64,000 nucleotides of DNA, taken from the NCBI GenBank assembly GCA_023920165.1, contig CP089276.1, forward strand, positions 2,852,001 to 2,916,000, read 5' to 3'. A model generated the notes under the pieces. That model had not been told where the DNA came from, made no database searches, and saw only the letters and a list, made by a program, of their open reading frames with translations. The position numbers and the translations under genes were made by a program. The stretch is from Curvularia clavata (taxonomy: Eukaryota). Positions 1 to 11,933 of this stretch are shown here, piece after piece; the first letter of the stretch is position 1; the number at the start of each line of letters is the position of its first letter.

Positions 1-411
1 TCTCTGTTCACTGGAAACTTCATTCAAGATAGTAACAAATATAGCCAAAAGCCGAATGAACATTTGCTGCATGCCGTTCGGAGTTCTTGGGAGAACGAAT
101 GAGGTGAAATGAGGAAGCCTAGGAAGTTCGTTACCGGGACTTTTCAACAGTACAACACTGGTAGAATTTCTTTGTAAAAGCAGTAGACCAATAGCAAACA
201 CTCCAAATATCGCCTGAAATTCCGTTTACAGCACATGCAAATCATTTGACTGAGTCTGTTCAGTTAGTTTTCGGAATGGTATATTGATCACATGACCATT
301 CTTTGCAACTGTGATGTTGATGCCTAAACTTTGGGATTTTCACACCATAGTTCAAAACGACCTCATCTTCGAAAGCCTCACATTCGATACTCCAAGCCCA
401 AACTCTGCATA

Positions 412-1437
412 ATGAGCAAGCAGTACTTCATCAGCATGGGCCCCTTAGGCCACATCACCGAAGCAAAATGCCACATGACCATCCTGCGCGGCCACACCCA
501 ATTCTCCATCACTGTTGAGTTCGCACGGATAAAAGGCACAAGCCTTGGCAAAACGCTCCTTCAAAATATGGAAATATGGAAAACGTGCCCTTGGACCAGA
601 GCCAACGATATGCTGCTTTTTAGCCATATTTACCAACACTGTCTCCCTTTGATTGAAAAGCTAGCACCACAGATGACTCTTGAGGATCTCAGTCTGGAAT
701 CCTTTCTCCACTCACCAACCTACAATCTAGCGCTTATTCAGGATGGCGTTGGCGACGAGATACACATCAAAGGCGAGGATGCGTGTCTTTACACACCCGC
801 GTTCGCCATGACCCCCATGCACACCACCGATCTACCCCAACTATGCGACACCATCCCCTTCCTGCACGCCCGAGATATCCAAATTGCACAAATGATATCC
901 GACGGCCAGCCCCTCGACACCCTCCAAGGAAAAGTCGTCACAATCGCCGGAGAAACCTTCTACTTCAAACCTTGCATCGACATGCGCGAGCAAGAGTTTG
1001 AGCGTGAACTCTGCATCTTATCACGTATTACTCAAACCGGGCTAGCTACTCGCCTCCATGTCCCCGCACTACGCGGTATCGTGGTATCGGGCGAGCACCA
1101 GCAGATAGCAATGGGCATACTGATAACGTATATCAGCGGCAGCCACCTGCGTACCCCGGCACTCCAGCGCAGATCAGATTTACATGCCAAATGGGAACAG
1201 CAAGTTTCGCATATTGTGAAGGAGCTGCATGCAAAAAGTATAGTATGGGGAGATGTGCACCCGATGAATATTGTTATCGACGAGGCGATGGATGCGTGGG
1301 CTGTGGATTTCGGAGGCAGGAACAATGTCGCGTTTGTAGATAATGAGAAGGCGGAGACGGAAGATAGGGATTGGCAAGGGGTAAGGAGGGTGTTCGGAGT
1401 GTGGTTGGCGGATCCGGAGATGTGGGAGACGATGTAG
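412..1437 (+). CDS. Fungal protein kinase-like protein (intronless)
   Basis: First ATG at 412 (the ORF track starts at a TTG). C-terminal kinase-like motifs: YFKP (beta3 Lys), RELCIL (alphaC Glu), IVWGDVHPMNIVID (catalytic-loop variant) and VDFGG. Confidence 0.75.
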   Translation: MSKQYFISMGPLGHITEAKCHMTILRGHTQFSITVEFARIKGTSLGKTLLQNMEIWKTCPWTRANDMLLFSHIYQHCLPLIEKLAPQMTLEDLSLESFLHSPTYNLALIQDGVGDEIHIKGEDACLYTPAFAMTPMHTTDLPQLCDTIPFLHARDIQIAQMISDGQPLDTLQGKVVTIAGETFYFKPCIDMREQEFERELCILSRITQTGLATRLHVPALRGIVVSGEHQQIAMGILITYISGSHLRTPALQRRSDLHAKWEQQVSHIVKELHAKSIVWGDVHPMNIVIDEAMDAWAVDFGGRNNVAFVDNEKAETEDRDWQGVRRVFGVWLADPEMWETM

Positions 1438-1946
1438 TGGCTTGAGGAGTTTGGGGGGAGAAGGAGGTGTAGTGTGGTGTGTCTTTGTAGATGCAGACCG
1501 AGTGTTTGTTCAGTTAGGCGGTCATTCGCTGGATTCTTTCTAGCGGTCTTATACTCGTTCACAATGTTGATATCCTGTCATCTTCGACAAACATCTATTC
1601 GATTAAAGCAGCATGCGCCTTCTCGTAAAATACATTCTTCACTTTTAGCCTTGCTAGATAAGGCACTGTAGGAAAAAAAATGGTGCGAGTACACGAGATT
1701 TGGACTCAAAAGTTCAATGGCCATATGCATACAGCTGCAAAACTGCTCCGTCACTACTTCCCAATATATGTTACAAGTCGTTACATCACACACAGAATCA
1801 GATGACATCATGACAGCCTGACAATGCTCTAGGCACAGCCAGTTCCTTTCATTCTTCCCGATGGTAATTGCAGTCTTCTGTCATGCAGCCCATGTCCGAC
1901 CAAACCTATCATAACTGTACAGCCCTCCCTTAGAGTCCCAGGTTCC

Positions 1947-3831
1947 CTACATCTGACCTGCCATTGCAGGGCTGCCGTGGCGTTGATCAAGGTGATCATA
2001 GTTCAGCTCAAATTCTCTCTGCTTCAAGTTAGACACTGGACTGTTTACATGAGTAAAGAAAGACGTACCCTTTCTCTCCTCCAGTTGTTGACGTCGAAGA
2101 AGAGATACCAACCCCGTTCTTCCTTTGGTGAAAGTCGGATTGGCGCTGGGAGATCTGGGTCCTTCATCATCCATTGTTGGAGTTTGATATGCCACCGCCA
2201 GTCGCGGTTATACAGTTCTTGTGCGGCAATCTCTTGCAGGATATCTCTTGGATACTGGTAGAAGATGGCGAGAAGGGTCTCTGCTGAGAAACTGGTCATC
2301 TTGGAATGCAGAGGCGGTACATTTGTCACGGTATACGCTGCCGGAAGCGTAAAATCCGGCGGTATCACTGGCTTGACATTCGATTCCACAAAGGGTGAGC
2401 CAAAAGTGGGATGTAGTGGTGAATTGCTAAAATGACTGTTAACAGCAGTATACCATAGATGGAAATTGACTTACTCAGGTCGACTCAGATCCAAGCCCAG
2501 CACGGTCAAATCTTGACCCATAGCTAGTGTAGAATAATCAGGACTCTCCATGGGAATCATTGACAAAAGTCCAGGCAGGCCATATCGCTCGGCATCGGTC
2601 ATTTCGGACAGCTTCTTGTGTGGCATAGTTTGCGCATTTGGCGAACCCAGAGCGTCACCTCCGAATGTCTGTTCGAATTGGCCTTGCTGAGGCCGTTGAG
2701 CTCCTGGAGCGAGATCGCCACCAGATCGCATCCCTAACTGGGGACCCAGGGAAAACATGTTGCCGGGCTGGCCTGTCCGTTGGTTGTTCTTGATAATGTT
2801 AGCTAGTGCGCTACATCCTCGGATAGGAAACTTACGTCTGTCGGGTTGCCTGCTCGCATGTTTTCAAACGGAGTTCGTGATGCTGGCTGGGTAAGTGACT
2901 GGATTGCGGTGCGATTTTGCATTTGCATACCTCCTCCTGGAAGCCCCCGTCCACCCACAGTGGGGTTGATGCCCCGATCTTGCTGGCTGTCCGTCGGACT
3001 GGATAGACCATTCCGTGTTTGTCCAAGCCCTGGGAATGCGTTCGCGTTGGTTCCAAATGCCGCAGCACTTTGTATCAGCCCCGCTCGTCGATCTGGAGCA
3101 ATGTCTCCGCCAGCGCCTCCTAACGGTGGGAACTCGTCAATATTGCCCGTCTGCGGCTGAACGCCTCCAAGCTGTCCGACACCTCCTTGTCCGCCGAATC
3201 GATAATCATCTCCGGCTCCTGAAAACTGACTTTGCGACGAATCGTCTTGGCCCTGGTTCTGATGTTGCTGATTCGCAGCTTGCCCGGCCTGTCCCTGACC
3301 CTGCTGTTGGCCTTGACCTTGTGGCCGCCCTATCGTATTCTGCTGGTTTTGCTGCGTGGTTCGTAGGGTTGGGTTCGCCCACATCTGCTGTGCAGACGTG
3401 TTCTGTTGCGTTTGCTGTGCGCCCGATAACGAGGGGAATTCCCTGTAACTGTTAACATCCAGCTCATGTTTCTTTGTCGCACGGGATTCCATATCGGAGG
3501 CTCGACTTCACCAACACAGTCTTGTCGTATTCTCTCCGTTATGGTCAAGGCTGACTCACTCAAGATTGAGCGGCGTATGTGGTTGTGAACCCCCCATTGC
3601 TTGTGCAAAGCTTGACATGGCGCCATTGTTTGTCCGTGTTTGCGCGTTCGATAGACCTGGCGCGCCCATAGGAGCTCCAAACCCCCATTGAGATCCGCCT
3701 CCTGCCACAAACCAGAGTCAGCCTACTGATGCATCTGTCCCTTGAAAGACAATCTCACCCATCTTCCCGTTTTGTAATCTGTTCGCGCCCAGTGGTGCCC
3801 CGCGGGCCGGGTTTTGCTGCGTTTGAAACAT
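1947..3831 (-). CDS. NOT2: CCR4-NOT complex subunit Not2 (NOT2/3/5 domain), multi-exon
   Basis: Spliced reading: MFQTQQNPARG... Q/G-rich region with EFPSL/EFPPL motifs ... YGLPGLL ... GQDLTVLGLDL ... FSAETLLAIFYQYPRDILQEIAAQELYNRDWRWH ... FFDVNNWRRERREFEL. Canonical GT..AG introns lie between the ORF pieces. An extra upstream exon cannot be excluded. Confidence 0.9.
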
Positions 3832-4844
3832 GCCTGAGGACGTATGTCGTGGCGATTGTGCGCTCTAGTCTGGAGGGATTGGACGGTCAGTGTGCTGTTG
3901 TCGAAATAGCAGTTCCGAGGTAGCGCGGCGGACGAGAGGACTGTATGGAGGAGGAGTGAGAAAGCATGCGCCAAGATAAAGTAGCAAACCAGGGACCTGG
4001 TGATGACGCAACTACTTCACAGGTGAGGTTGTGGGCACAGTAATGGGCAGCTTGGTTGCGACGTGCGGCGTGGTGTGAATCCGATCCAGAGTTTACGTGT
4101 CGCGGAGGAGCAAGGGGAGTGGGGGAGTTTTGCGCTCAGAATTGTCACGAACCTGGATACAGTATTACAAGCCCACTTCTGTATGCCTTGATGCGTCTGG
4201 CTCACGTTGTCCTGGTCCCCGTCTCGCGTGCATGAAGTTGGAGGTTCCGAAAGCCAGAGGACGCTAGGCCGAATCAGATCTAGCACAGAATGCGGGGGGC
4301 GGCAAACGGTGGATCATCCGCCACGAGCAAGTATCGATTGAGGCGAGTAGCTTAGAATGAAGACCGCACTTGCGATGCTCACAGTCATACTCAACTTCGT
4401 GGAAATGGGGTTGACTTTTATCTTGAGTCGTGTGGAATAGAGAGTATCAAAGGTAGCCCGTATCACAGGCAGCTAGGGACGATACACTGGTCTCTGAATA
4501 AGCATTTCAATGCCAAAGCAGACAACAAGAAGGCAACACTATTGCATAGCAATATCACTGGGGTGTGTTGAAGATGCTCCCACCCATAATCAAGCCGTTT
4601 ATGCATTATACGATAGCATCTTGGCAAGAAGTGGATAGACACTGCACCAAAACAAGAACAACTTGCATCTACAGCTGCTCATTCATTGTTCTTATATAAT
4701 AATATACAGGTTATTTTAGCTGCGTTTTCACGGCTGAAACTACAAACGGACATGTCCATACGCCTTGAGATGCTTTGTCCAGCAAAATGACGCTCAAGCA
4801 CTGTGTTGATTGAAAATATACGATAATGCTGAATTATTAAAAGC

Positions 4845-7800
4845 TTATGTAGGGCCCTGTTGGAACAGATGTGACATGTCCGTCTCGCCGTTGATACCAA
4901 AGAAATTGAACCTAGCCAAGAGTGTCAGTCATGTCAACACAGAGTTGAAGGTTTTACGTACCAGTCGTCTACATTTAAGCTCATAGGCACAATCGGATTG
5001 GGTCGACCTCCTGAGCTGTTGCTCCAAGCATCGTCCTGCCCGCCATGCTGTTGCTGATTCTGCGACATCATTTCCATTTGTTGCTGCCAGGCCTGGCTGT
5101 TGTTTTGGTCATATCCAGAGGGTATGCCCACATTAGATTGTGCTGTCTGCATGGACTGTTGACCACTAGTAGCCTGCTGTTGTGGAATGGACATGTTTTG
5201 TGGCTGACTTAACGCAGGATCCACAAGACTGTGATTCTGCATCGGTGACATTTGCGGGAAATTGACTTGGGTATCAGCAGGGAATAACTGATCCGGCTGG
5301 AAGTTTTGCCAAACCTCCTGGCTGATGTTGGGTGTATCACGGGTAATGAGGAATAGGTCTGGCGGGGTGCCTGGGTACGAGTAAGATGGGTTAAAAGGAG
5401 TGGTGGGACGTGTTCCCGATCGAGATGGGCCCATGAAAGCGTCCTGGTTTTGTCGGTTCATTTGGGGTGATCCTGTACTCATCTGGGGCATCGGTTGCTG
5501 AGGTTGCAAGTCTCGCGAAGGCGTAACGGCAGGAGTCTGTGGTCTCGATCGCTCATAGGATACCTGCGCTGCTGGAGGGCCACTTGGCACCGGAAAGCCC
5601 AAGTCCATGTCGTCGAACTTCCGCTTAGAAGATTCCTGGGCAGGTTTTGGCGGGGGTGGGGGTGGCGCAGAAGGAACCTTGTTTTTCTTATGGTTCCTGC
5701 CCGCAGCTTTCTGCAAGCGCTCTTCGAGATGCTTGTTGCCAAGAATAGACTCGAACAAGGTGTGGACCATCTTCGCAACGAGCCACACCTTTGAGACCTC
5801 CTTGAGTGCGTCCAAGCAGATCTGCAGCCGTTGTTCCGTTGCCGAAACAATGGACTTGTTTGAGGATTTCATCTGATACACGTGCATGATGAGCGCCGAG
5901 AACAAGCTGTAGACGATGAATGCAGGTGTGTAGCGTATCTCGTCATGAGCCCGTAGGTTCTCGATAATCGATGTGATCATGGCGGCTGCTTGATATGCAA
6001 TGTTTCTTGAAGGATAGGCATGCTCCTCGCCAAATCCGTCCAAGTTGTTGGCTTTTGGTGAGCCTGCTGGTGGCATATGTGCTCTGTGTAGAAGACACAG
6101 GGTGGTGCTGCGGGAGGGTTAGACTGGGCGTTTTCAGGCTGTGAATCAACTTACTAGTAGTTGGAGTGCAGCAGGGCAGCCCAGAAATGATGGCGACTGC
6201 GGTCCCACTGCACTTCTGGCGGACAGTGCTGTAGCCAATCGGCAAGAGCCATGTCGCTGTGGGTCAGGTCAATAGCATTTCCTCTGCGGTGTTTCGAAGC
6301 GACTGAGTACTGTTGCGACAGCACCAGCCCCATGATCTCGCTCAGCTTGACATAGTTGATGAAGAACTGGACGTGTACTGGATCTGGCGGGTATTCGGCA
6401 GGGTGATCCGTCTCGTCGTCAATGAAATCGTCTTCGGAGACCATCTCGACATCAGAATCCTCGGGGTCGATGGCCACAGGTCTACCGAGGGCGACAGCCA
6501 CCGAACGGTCCCGACTGTACAATGTCCACCAGATCCGCTTCCATAAGCGTTTGTCTGATCGGGAGAGCTGTGAACCCTCGACGCTTCGGTGCATACCTGA
6601 GCCTTGGGCTACAACAATGGCTACTCGTGTCCAGTAGAAGACGTTCTTAGTTACGTCCTCTGGACCTTCCCAGTACCAGCCCATAAGAATCAGCGCCTGT
6701 ACAATGGTGACTCTGTCATCCTCGAAGTTGGCATCGTACAGCGCCTTTGCACGCTTATAAAAAGTCATGGCGGCAGGTGTTGTCGAGCCACTGGAGTCCA
6801 TTAGTTGCGCATTTGTGCAGACACGTGACCCTGCCAGGAGAATGGCCTGTAGCAGCAGAAGTGAGGGAGGATTCTTAGGGTCCCGATATTGGCGCATGAA
6901 GCGGCTGCGGTTAATGACTGGCACGACGGGTGCCACCCATTTGAAAAAAGCTTCGACAAGCTCATCACACAGGGCACGCGGGGGGAGCAGGAAAGCGCCC
7001 CGCTGGTGTAGTATCTCAATTTCCATGTTGTCCATCTCATTTACTCGTGCCTTTGCGCCTCGTACGTTCTCAGGCAGCGGATAGTGCACAACGTCGGTGG
7101 TCCCATAGCGGTCGTGGACAAGCAGGGAGAGGTTGGAGGACTCGCCCAGATACGCAACGCGACCGGCTTCCTTGATGGGTGCTCTGGCAAATTTGGGCTT
7201 CATGAACTGCACATAGGTTCCATTATGGGTGGCCTGCTGGGCGGCATAGGCGGAGGATACGGTTGTCGATGGGGTGCCATCTTCGGTGTTGAATACAGAT
7301 GATCTCTCACGCGGCTCGACCGAGGTGCTCGCTGGAGAGCGGTCGTCGCTGTCTCCTCGTTCGCTGCTTCCGTGTCAGCACTTGGACCGGCAGTTCCGTG
7401 GTCTAGCGGAGGGTGGGCGACGGTACCTATCTCCATCTTTTGCGCGGGCCGTCTGCGTCTTCTTACGCTTGGGCTGGGGGATGCGGCACTCGATGCCAAA
7501 GGCGGTGCAGTTGGTGCAGGGGATGCCTAGCGAGGCAGCGTCGCATCGTACCTATGGCCAGGTTGAGTATGGTCGTGAGCAAGCGGAGCATCTGCGGTGG
7601 ATTACTCACCTTCCTGGCGTGGCATGCTGCGATGCGTCGTGGTTAGCATTCGTCATTCGTCTCTGTGGTTTGGGTTGACCGAGGTGCCGAGGCTCGTGCA
7701 GTAGATCACCTATCCCACCGACGTCGACGGGCACCCTCTCTCGTGCATCAGGGGACTTGCGCAGATGGTTTTGCACTCACTTTCGCACGCTCTACTGGCG

Positions 7801-8022
7801 CGTTGTCGCCGGAACGAGGCGTGGCCTGGGCCGGTGGATGCGGACTGCGCCTGCGCCTGCGATGCTGCGGACGGCCTGGCTGCTGGTGAGCATACTATGT
7901 CTCGCACTCGGGCGCGACAGCACCTACGGAGAGCCGTTGCTGGTGGGCTGGGCTGCCAGCGGCGGGGGAGCGGCCGACGGTGCAGGCACGCTGCTGGCCA
8001 TGAACGAGTGCTCGCCCGCCAT
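4845..8022 (-). CDS. farA: Zn2Cys6 transcription factor, cutinase transcription factor 1 alpha / FarA (fatty acid utilisation regulator)
   Basis: Zn cluster assembled across exons: RRQRASRACE|TCHARK|VRCDAASLGIPCTNCTAFGIECRIP. Fungal_trans domain (DRVTIVQALILMGWYWEGPEDVTKNVFYW...RLWKRIWWTLYSRDRSVAVALGRP). Last exon DDW|FNFFGINGE...GPT*, with TAA at 4845-4847. Confidence 0.92.
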
Positions 8023-8488
8023 GGTGTCGCGTTTGTTTCTTTCGCTGACGGCGCGGTCGTCGAGGGTTGAGGTTGTGATTCGCCCGCACTTGGTCGTCTT
8101 CAGGTAGGTATTGCCTAGTGCGGGCGCCGGGGGTGCACGGGAGCCTACGGCAAAAGCGCAAAAGCATCGATCACTGCTGCGACACGCGACTGTGCTTTTT
8201 CTCCTTCTGCCTGTTGCCCAGATCGATGGCTCTCTTACATAAGCGCGATGGCTTCTACGTTTCACATCAAGGCGCGTCTTCTCCTGGCTCATACACGCCC
8301 AGTTCGCTTGTGATGCTACCCTGTGCCTATTACACACACCACACCACACATATGCGGCGTCGCCTATCGACGGGGGCCGTTGTCACATGCTGCCACCCTG
8401 GCCTCCTGCAACCATGCCCCGACCCCCCTGAAGGATTACCATACACTCGCCAAATTGCAATCGACGCAGATTACTCGCCTCCCATACG

Positions 8489-9133
8489 CTAAGACGACAA
8501 AGCCTCCCTTCTTGCTCGGAACGCCGCCAGCTTGACCGCCTTGTTCTCAGGACTGACGTACTTGAGCTTCACCTCGCCCACCTGCTCATTGACAACCTCT
8601 TCCTCAGACGCAAAGACATAGTGCTGGTGCTCGACGGGATCGAGTACAATCGTGTCTGCGTTGTCCACTTGGACTTCGAAAATGAACTTCAACCACGTAA
8701 TCTTGGGTCGCCCGGCCTTCTCGCTCTCAAATGTAAACTGCGCCACTTTCCGAACCACGCGAGTCGCTTCCAGACCCGCTTCTTCCTTTAATTCACGCGC
8801 AGCAGCATGCAAAATGGTTTCGTCCGTATCATCGACTTTGCCTCCGGGAATCTCCTGTAATATGTTAATCCCCACTAGTAGCATGTGACATCTGATACAC
8901 TGGATCAAAAGCAATAACTACACATAGTAGATCCTTCACAAACTTACCCAGAAGTCAGCAAACGCTATCTCATCAGCTGCGCGCTGCACCAGCAGAAGTT
9001 TGCCTTCTCGGTTGAAAACTACTGCGCCAGTCACGAGCACGTTGTATTCGGGATGTTGGCGCAAGTATTCGGCCTCGGATATCGCAAACTCTTGCAAATC
9101 AGCAGAGTACTCTAACGACTTCGGAATAGTCAT
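8489..9133 (-). CDS. Nudix hydrolase (2 exons)
   Basis: GAVVFNREGKLLLVQRAA..FADFW|EIPGGKVDDTDETILHAAARELKEEAGL matches the Nudix box. Intron GTAAGT..TTACAG at about 8948-8855. Confidence 0.9.
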
Positions 9134-9593
9134 GTTGGTCGAGGCAAATCAAGATTGCACAAAATAGTATCTTTTTAGATTGCAAATTGCAGTCGTCTAT
9201 CGGGTGAGTTTTGTATGTACGCTATTGTCGCTGCCTGGAGCCCTCGCCCAGCGCACCTTGCCGTGTGCGTCATTAGCACTGGATAGAATGTCGGTGAAAT
9301 GCATTTCCTTTTTGCATCTGCACAGCCACTATGCGAGATAGGCGAGCTATTCGTGATGACAAGTCTCAGCCCCAGGTCGCGAGCACCAAGTTGTACCTAG
9401 CACGCACGTGAGCCAAGCTTTCGCGTGTCTAGTTCGGCGCTAGAGAGTGAATTCAGTGCGTCACGATATCGACGCGCCCTCGTCACCTTTGCTCTCGCAC
9501 GGTCACCCCTCAGTCCGATCCATCGCCCACCCTGTTTCCCGACTGCGCCCACTACTCATTGCCTCCAAAGCTTCACATTGGCCGCTCGCGAGA

Positions 9594-11210
9594 ATGCCTC
9601 GCCCACCCCGAGCGAAAGTCGCGTCGCGCGTCGCGAAACCAACCAAGCCAAGAGCTGCCCCCGCAGCCAAACAGCAACCAGAATCTATTCCAGCACCAAC
9701 AAAGAAAGCGAAAGACCCCGTCAACAGCTTCAGCGAGGATAGCGATGGCCTTGTCACCAGGACCAGATCAATGCGATCGCGGAGGGGAATGCCTGGCGAG
9801 CAGACACCAGAGGTCCATGAAGAAGCTGAGCTTACAATGACTGGCGCTTTGCCAACAGAAGAAGAACAACAACAACACTCCGTGTCATTAAGTAGCCATC
9901 GCACACCAGAGTCAAGCGCATCTAAGCGCGCGCGGACGACCAGGAGTAGCGGAAGAAAGTCTACAGGAAAGACATCGCCAGCTGTTACTGCAGCCGCGCA
10001 ACAAGACGTACAGGCAGAAAGTCCACATGTGGAAGAGGATAGTGGGTTCGGTGATCTGACCTTCTCGTCTCTCGGCTCAAACTCGCCAGCGCATGGTACG
10101 CGCCCACCATCCGCTGTCAAGGTCGGCGCAACGCCTGCGCACGAAAGGTCACTACTTGCCTTGACCAACTTCAAGCGGAGAGCGCGGCAGCCAAGTTTAC
10201 TGCGCATGGTGCAGCAGACGACCGACGTTGAGGACAATGATGAAGACACTCTGGATAACACTGACAACTTCGACTTTGACGACTTCCTTCCCCACGCCGA
10301 ATCAACCCCTCTCAATGTACGAAGACATGCGCCCGAGGAAGAGGTGCGAAATGACAGTGGGACCCATGTCTCAAGTTCCGGTTCCCGGGGCAGAAAGCGC
10401 AAACTATCGCCAGTAGTCCAGGTGCCTCGATCATCGCCACCACCGAGCAGCCCACAATCTGGAAGGGACACAGAACCGGAGCGATCTCACTCTCCCAGCT
10501 TGCCAGAAGTCATCTCATCGCGCGAGGTCGTTGAGCAATCTCAGGAGGACCAGGAGCCCATGAGCGATACATTGGCATCTCCCAAGTCAAGCAGCCCGAT
10601 ACGGGAAATATCGAGACCTCCGCCTTCGCCAACACAGATCCGCCGTAGAGGACGGCGAGTTAAGACTCCTATCATTGACAATGAGTCCGAGGGCGATGAG
10701 ACAGAAACGCCTGCGAAAGCCAGACGGGCGTCTAAGAAGAAGGCAGAACAAAGTATATCGACTGCACAGCTCAAAGACTTGCTGCCCCGTCGACGCAACC
10801 GCTTCCGTGATCGTGACGAGTTTGATATTGAGTCCTCAGAAGACGTCGAACAAAGCGACTCTGATCAAGATGAACTACAGATGCCTGAGCGAAGGATCCG
10901 CCAGCGGCAAAGAGCTGGGAAGTTGCCATCACCAAAGGCAACAAAGAAGACGATGGTTCGAGGAAACAAGACAGGGCCGGGGAAAGTATCAAAAGCGGCG
11001 CAAAAGGCAACCAGAACGTACAGCCGCAGAATTTCATCTGATAAGGAAAACGAGACCAGCGCACAAAACGAGGCAGAAACGACAGAGGTGTCTGCGATTG
11101 AGCACTCGGAGAAGCTAGCTGCCATAAGAAAGAAGTTCGAGGAGGTTGATGCATTTGAGCTGGAGTTTGAAGACGTGGATCCGACAACCAGTTCCAGTCC
11201 TTTCCGATGA
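9594..11210 (+). CDS. Low-complexity basic/acidic nuclear protein, Sororin (Sor1)-like
   Basis: Long intronless ORF with ATG at 9594 (MPRPPRAK). Carries RTYSR, KEN and a C-terminal LAAIRKKFEEVDAFELEFED helix, plus many SP sites and NLS-like RGRKRK. Confidence 0.7.
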   Translation: MPRPPRAKVASRVAKPTKPRAAPAAKQQPESIPAPTKKAKDPVNSFSEDSDGLVTRTRSMRSRRGMPGEQTPEVHEEAELTMTGALPTEEEQQQHSVSLSSHRTPESSASKRARTTRSSGRKSTGKTSPAVTAAAQQDVQAESPHVEEDSGFGDLTFSSLGSNSPAHGTRPPSAVKVGATPAHERSLLALTNFKRRARQPSLLRMVQQTTDVEDNDEDTLDNTDNFDFDDFLPHAESTPLNVRRHAPEEEVRNDSGTHVSSSGSRGRKRKLSPVVQVPRSSPPPSSPQSGRDTEPERSHSPSLPEVISSREVVEQSQEDQEPMSDTLASPKSSSPIREISRPPPSPTQIRRRGRRVKTPIIDNESEGDETETPAKARRASKKKAEQSISTAQLKDLLPRRRNRFRDRDEFDIESSEDVEQSDSDQDELQMPERRIRQRQRAGKLPSPKATKKTMVRGNKTGPGKVSKAAQKATRTYSRRISSDKENETSAQNEAETTEVSAIEHSEKLAAIRKKFEEVDAFELEFEDVDPTTSSSPFR

Positions 11211-11933
11211 TCAACGTATCCACATCTCTGCTATATACGTAGCAGTCTACTTCTTCCGCATGTTTTGCAGTATGACGACTGATGATTGCTTTTACACGTT
11301 TTGCATACAAGTAGCGTGGAGCTTGCTTTTACAACAGCCAGACGATCCAAAGCGATCTGATGGTCACGGCCTTTTGCTGTTAAAAAGAATACATATAAGC
11401 ACTAGCTGTGCGTGATTTAATACACCAGACCTTGATATTCCTCTCAGCAAGTGCACCAGAGTCTGAGTTCAATTGCAGTGCTTAAATGGTCCGAATGCGG
11501 CTTGGTCTGAGGCTGATCGTTATCTGTCCTTATCGTCACATGGCAAGCCCCAGTGGCTTTCAGGTGGAGGTGCGGTGCGGGCCCGCAAGCCGCAATTACT
11601 TACGTATCGAGTTCATTTGCACGATGTGCAAGTCTTTTCTTAGTGACGTGGCATGGCATGCATGTTCTGGCGGTCGGGCGGCACACTGCAGGGCCGTGCT
11701 TGATTGAAAGGGTCACTCTCCGGTTGCGTTACGTAGCGCTTCCTTTCCCCAGCTCCTCAAGCCCTCCCACACCCCGGCATCCGACCACACTCATACACTC
11801 CGCGCCCTCTGCACTTGCTCTTGACATCCGCGCAATGTTCCCGTAACCCTCATGTCATGCAGCCTCCCGACCACTCCAATCATTTGGCCTATGCAGCACC
11901 ACCCTTACCCACTCCGCCTGGCGTCCGCATGCC

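Noticed and set aside
9503..10471. 322-codon antisense ORF, representative of many shadow ORFs in the track
   Set aside because: It mirrors the sense CDS; a by-product of codon bias.
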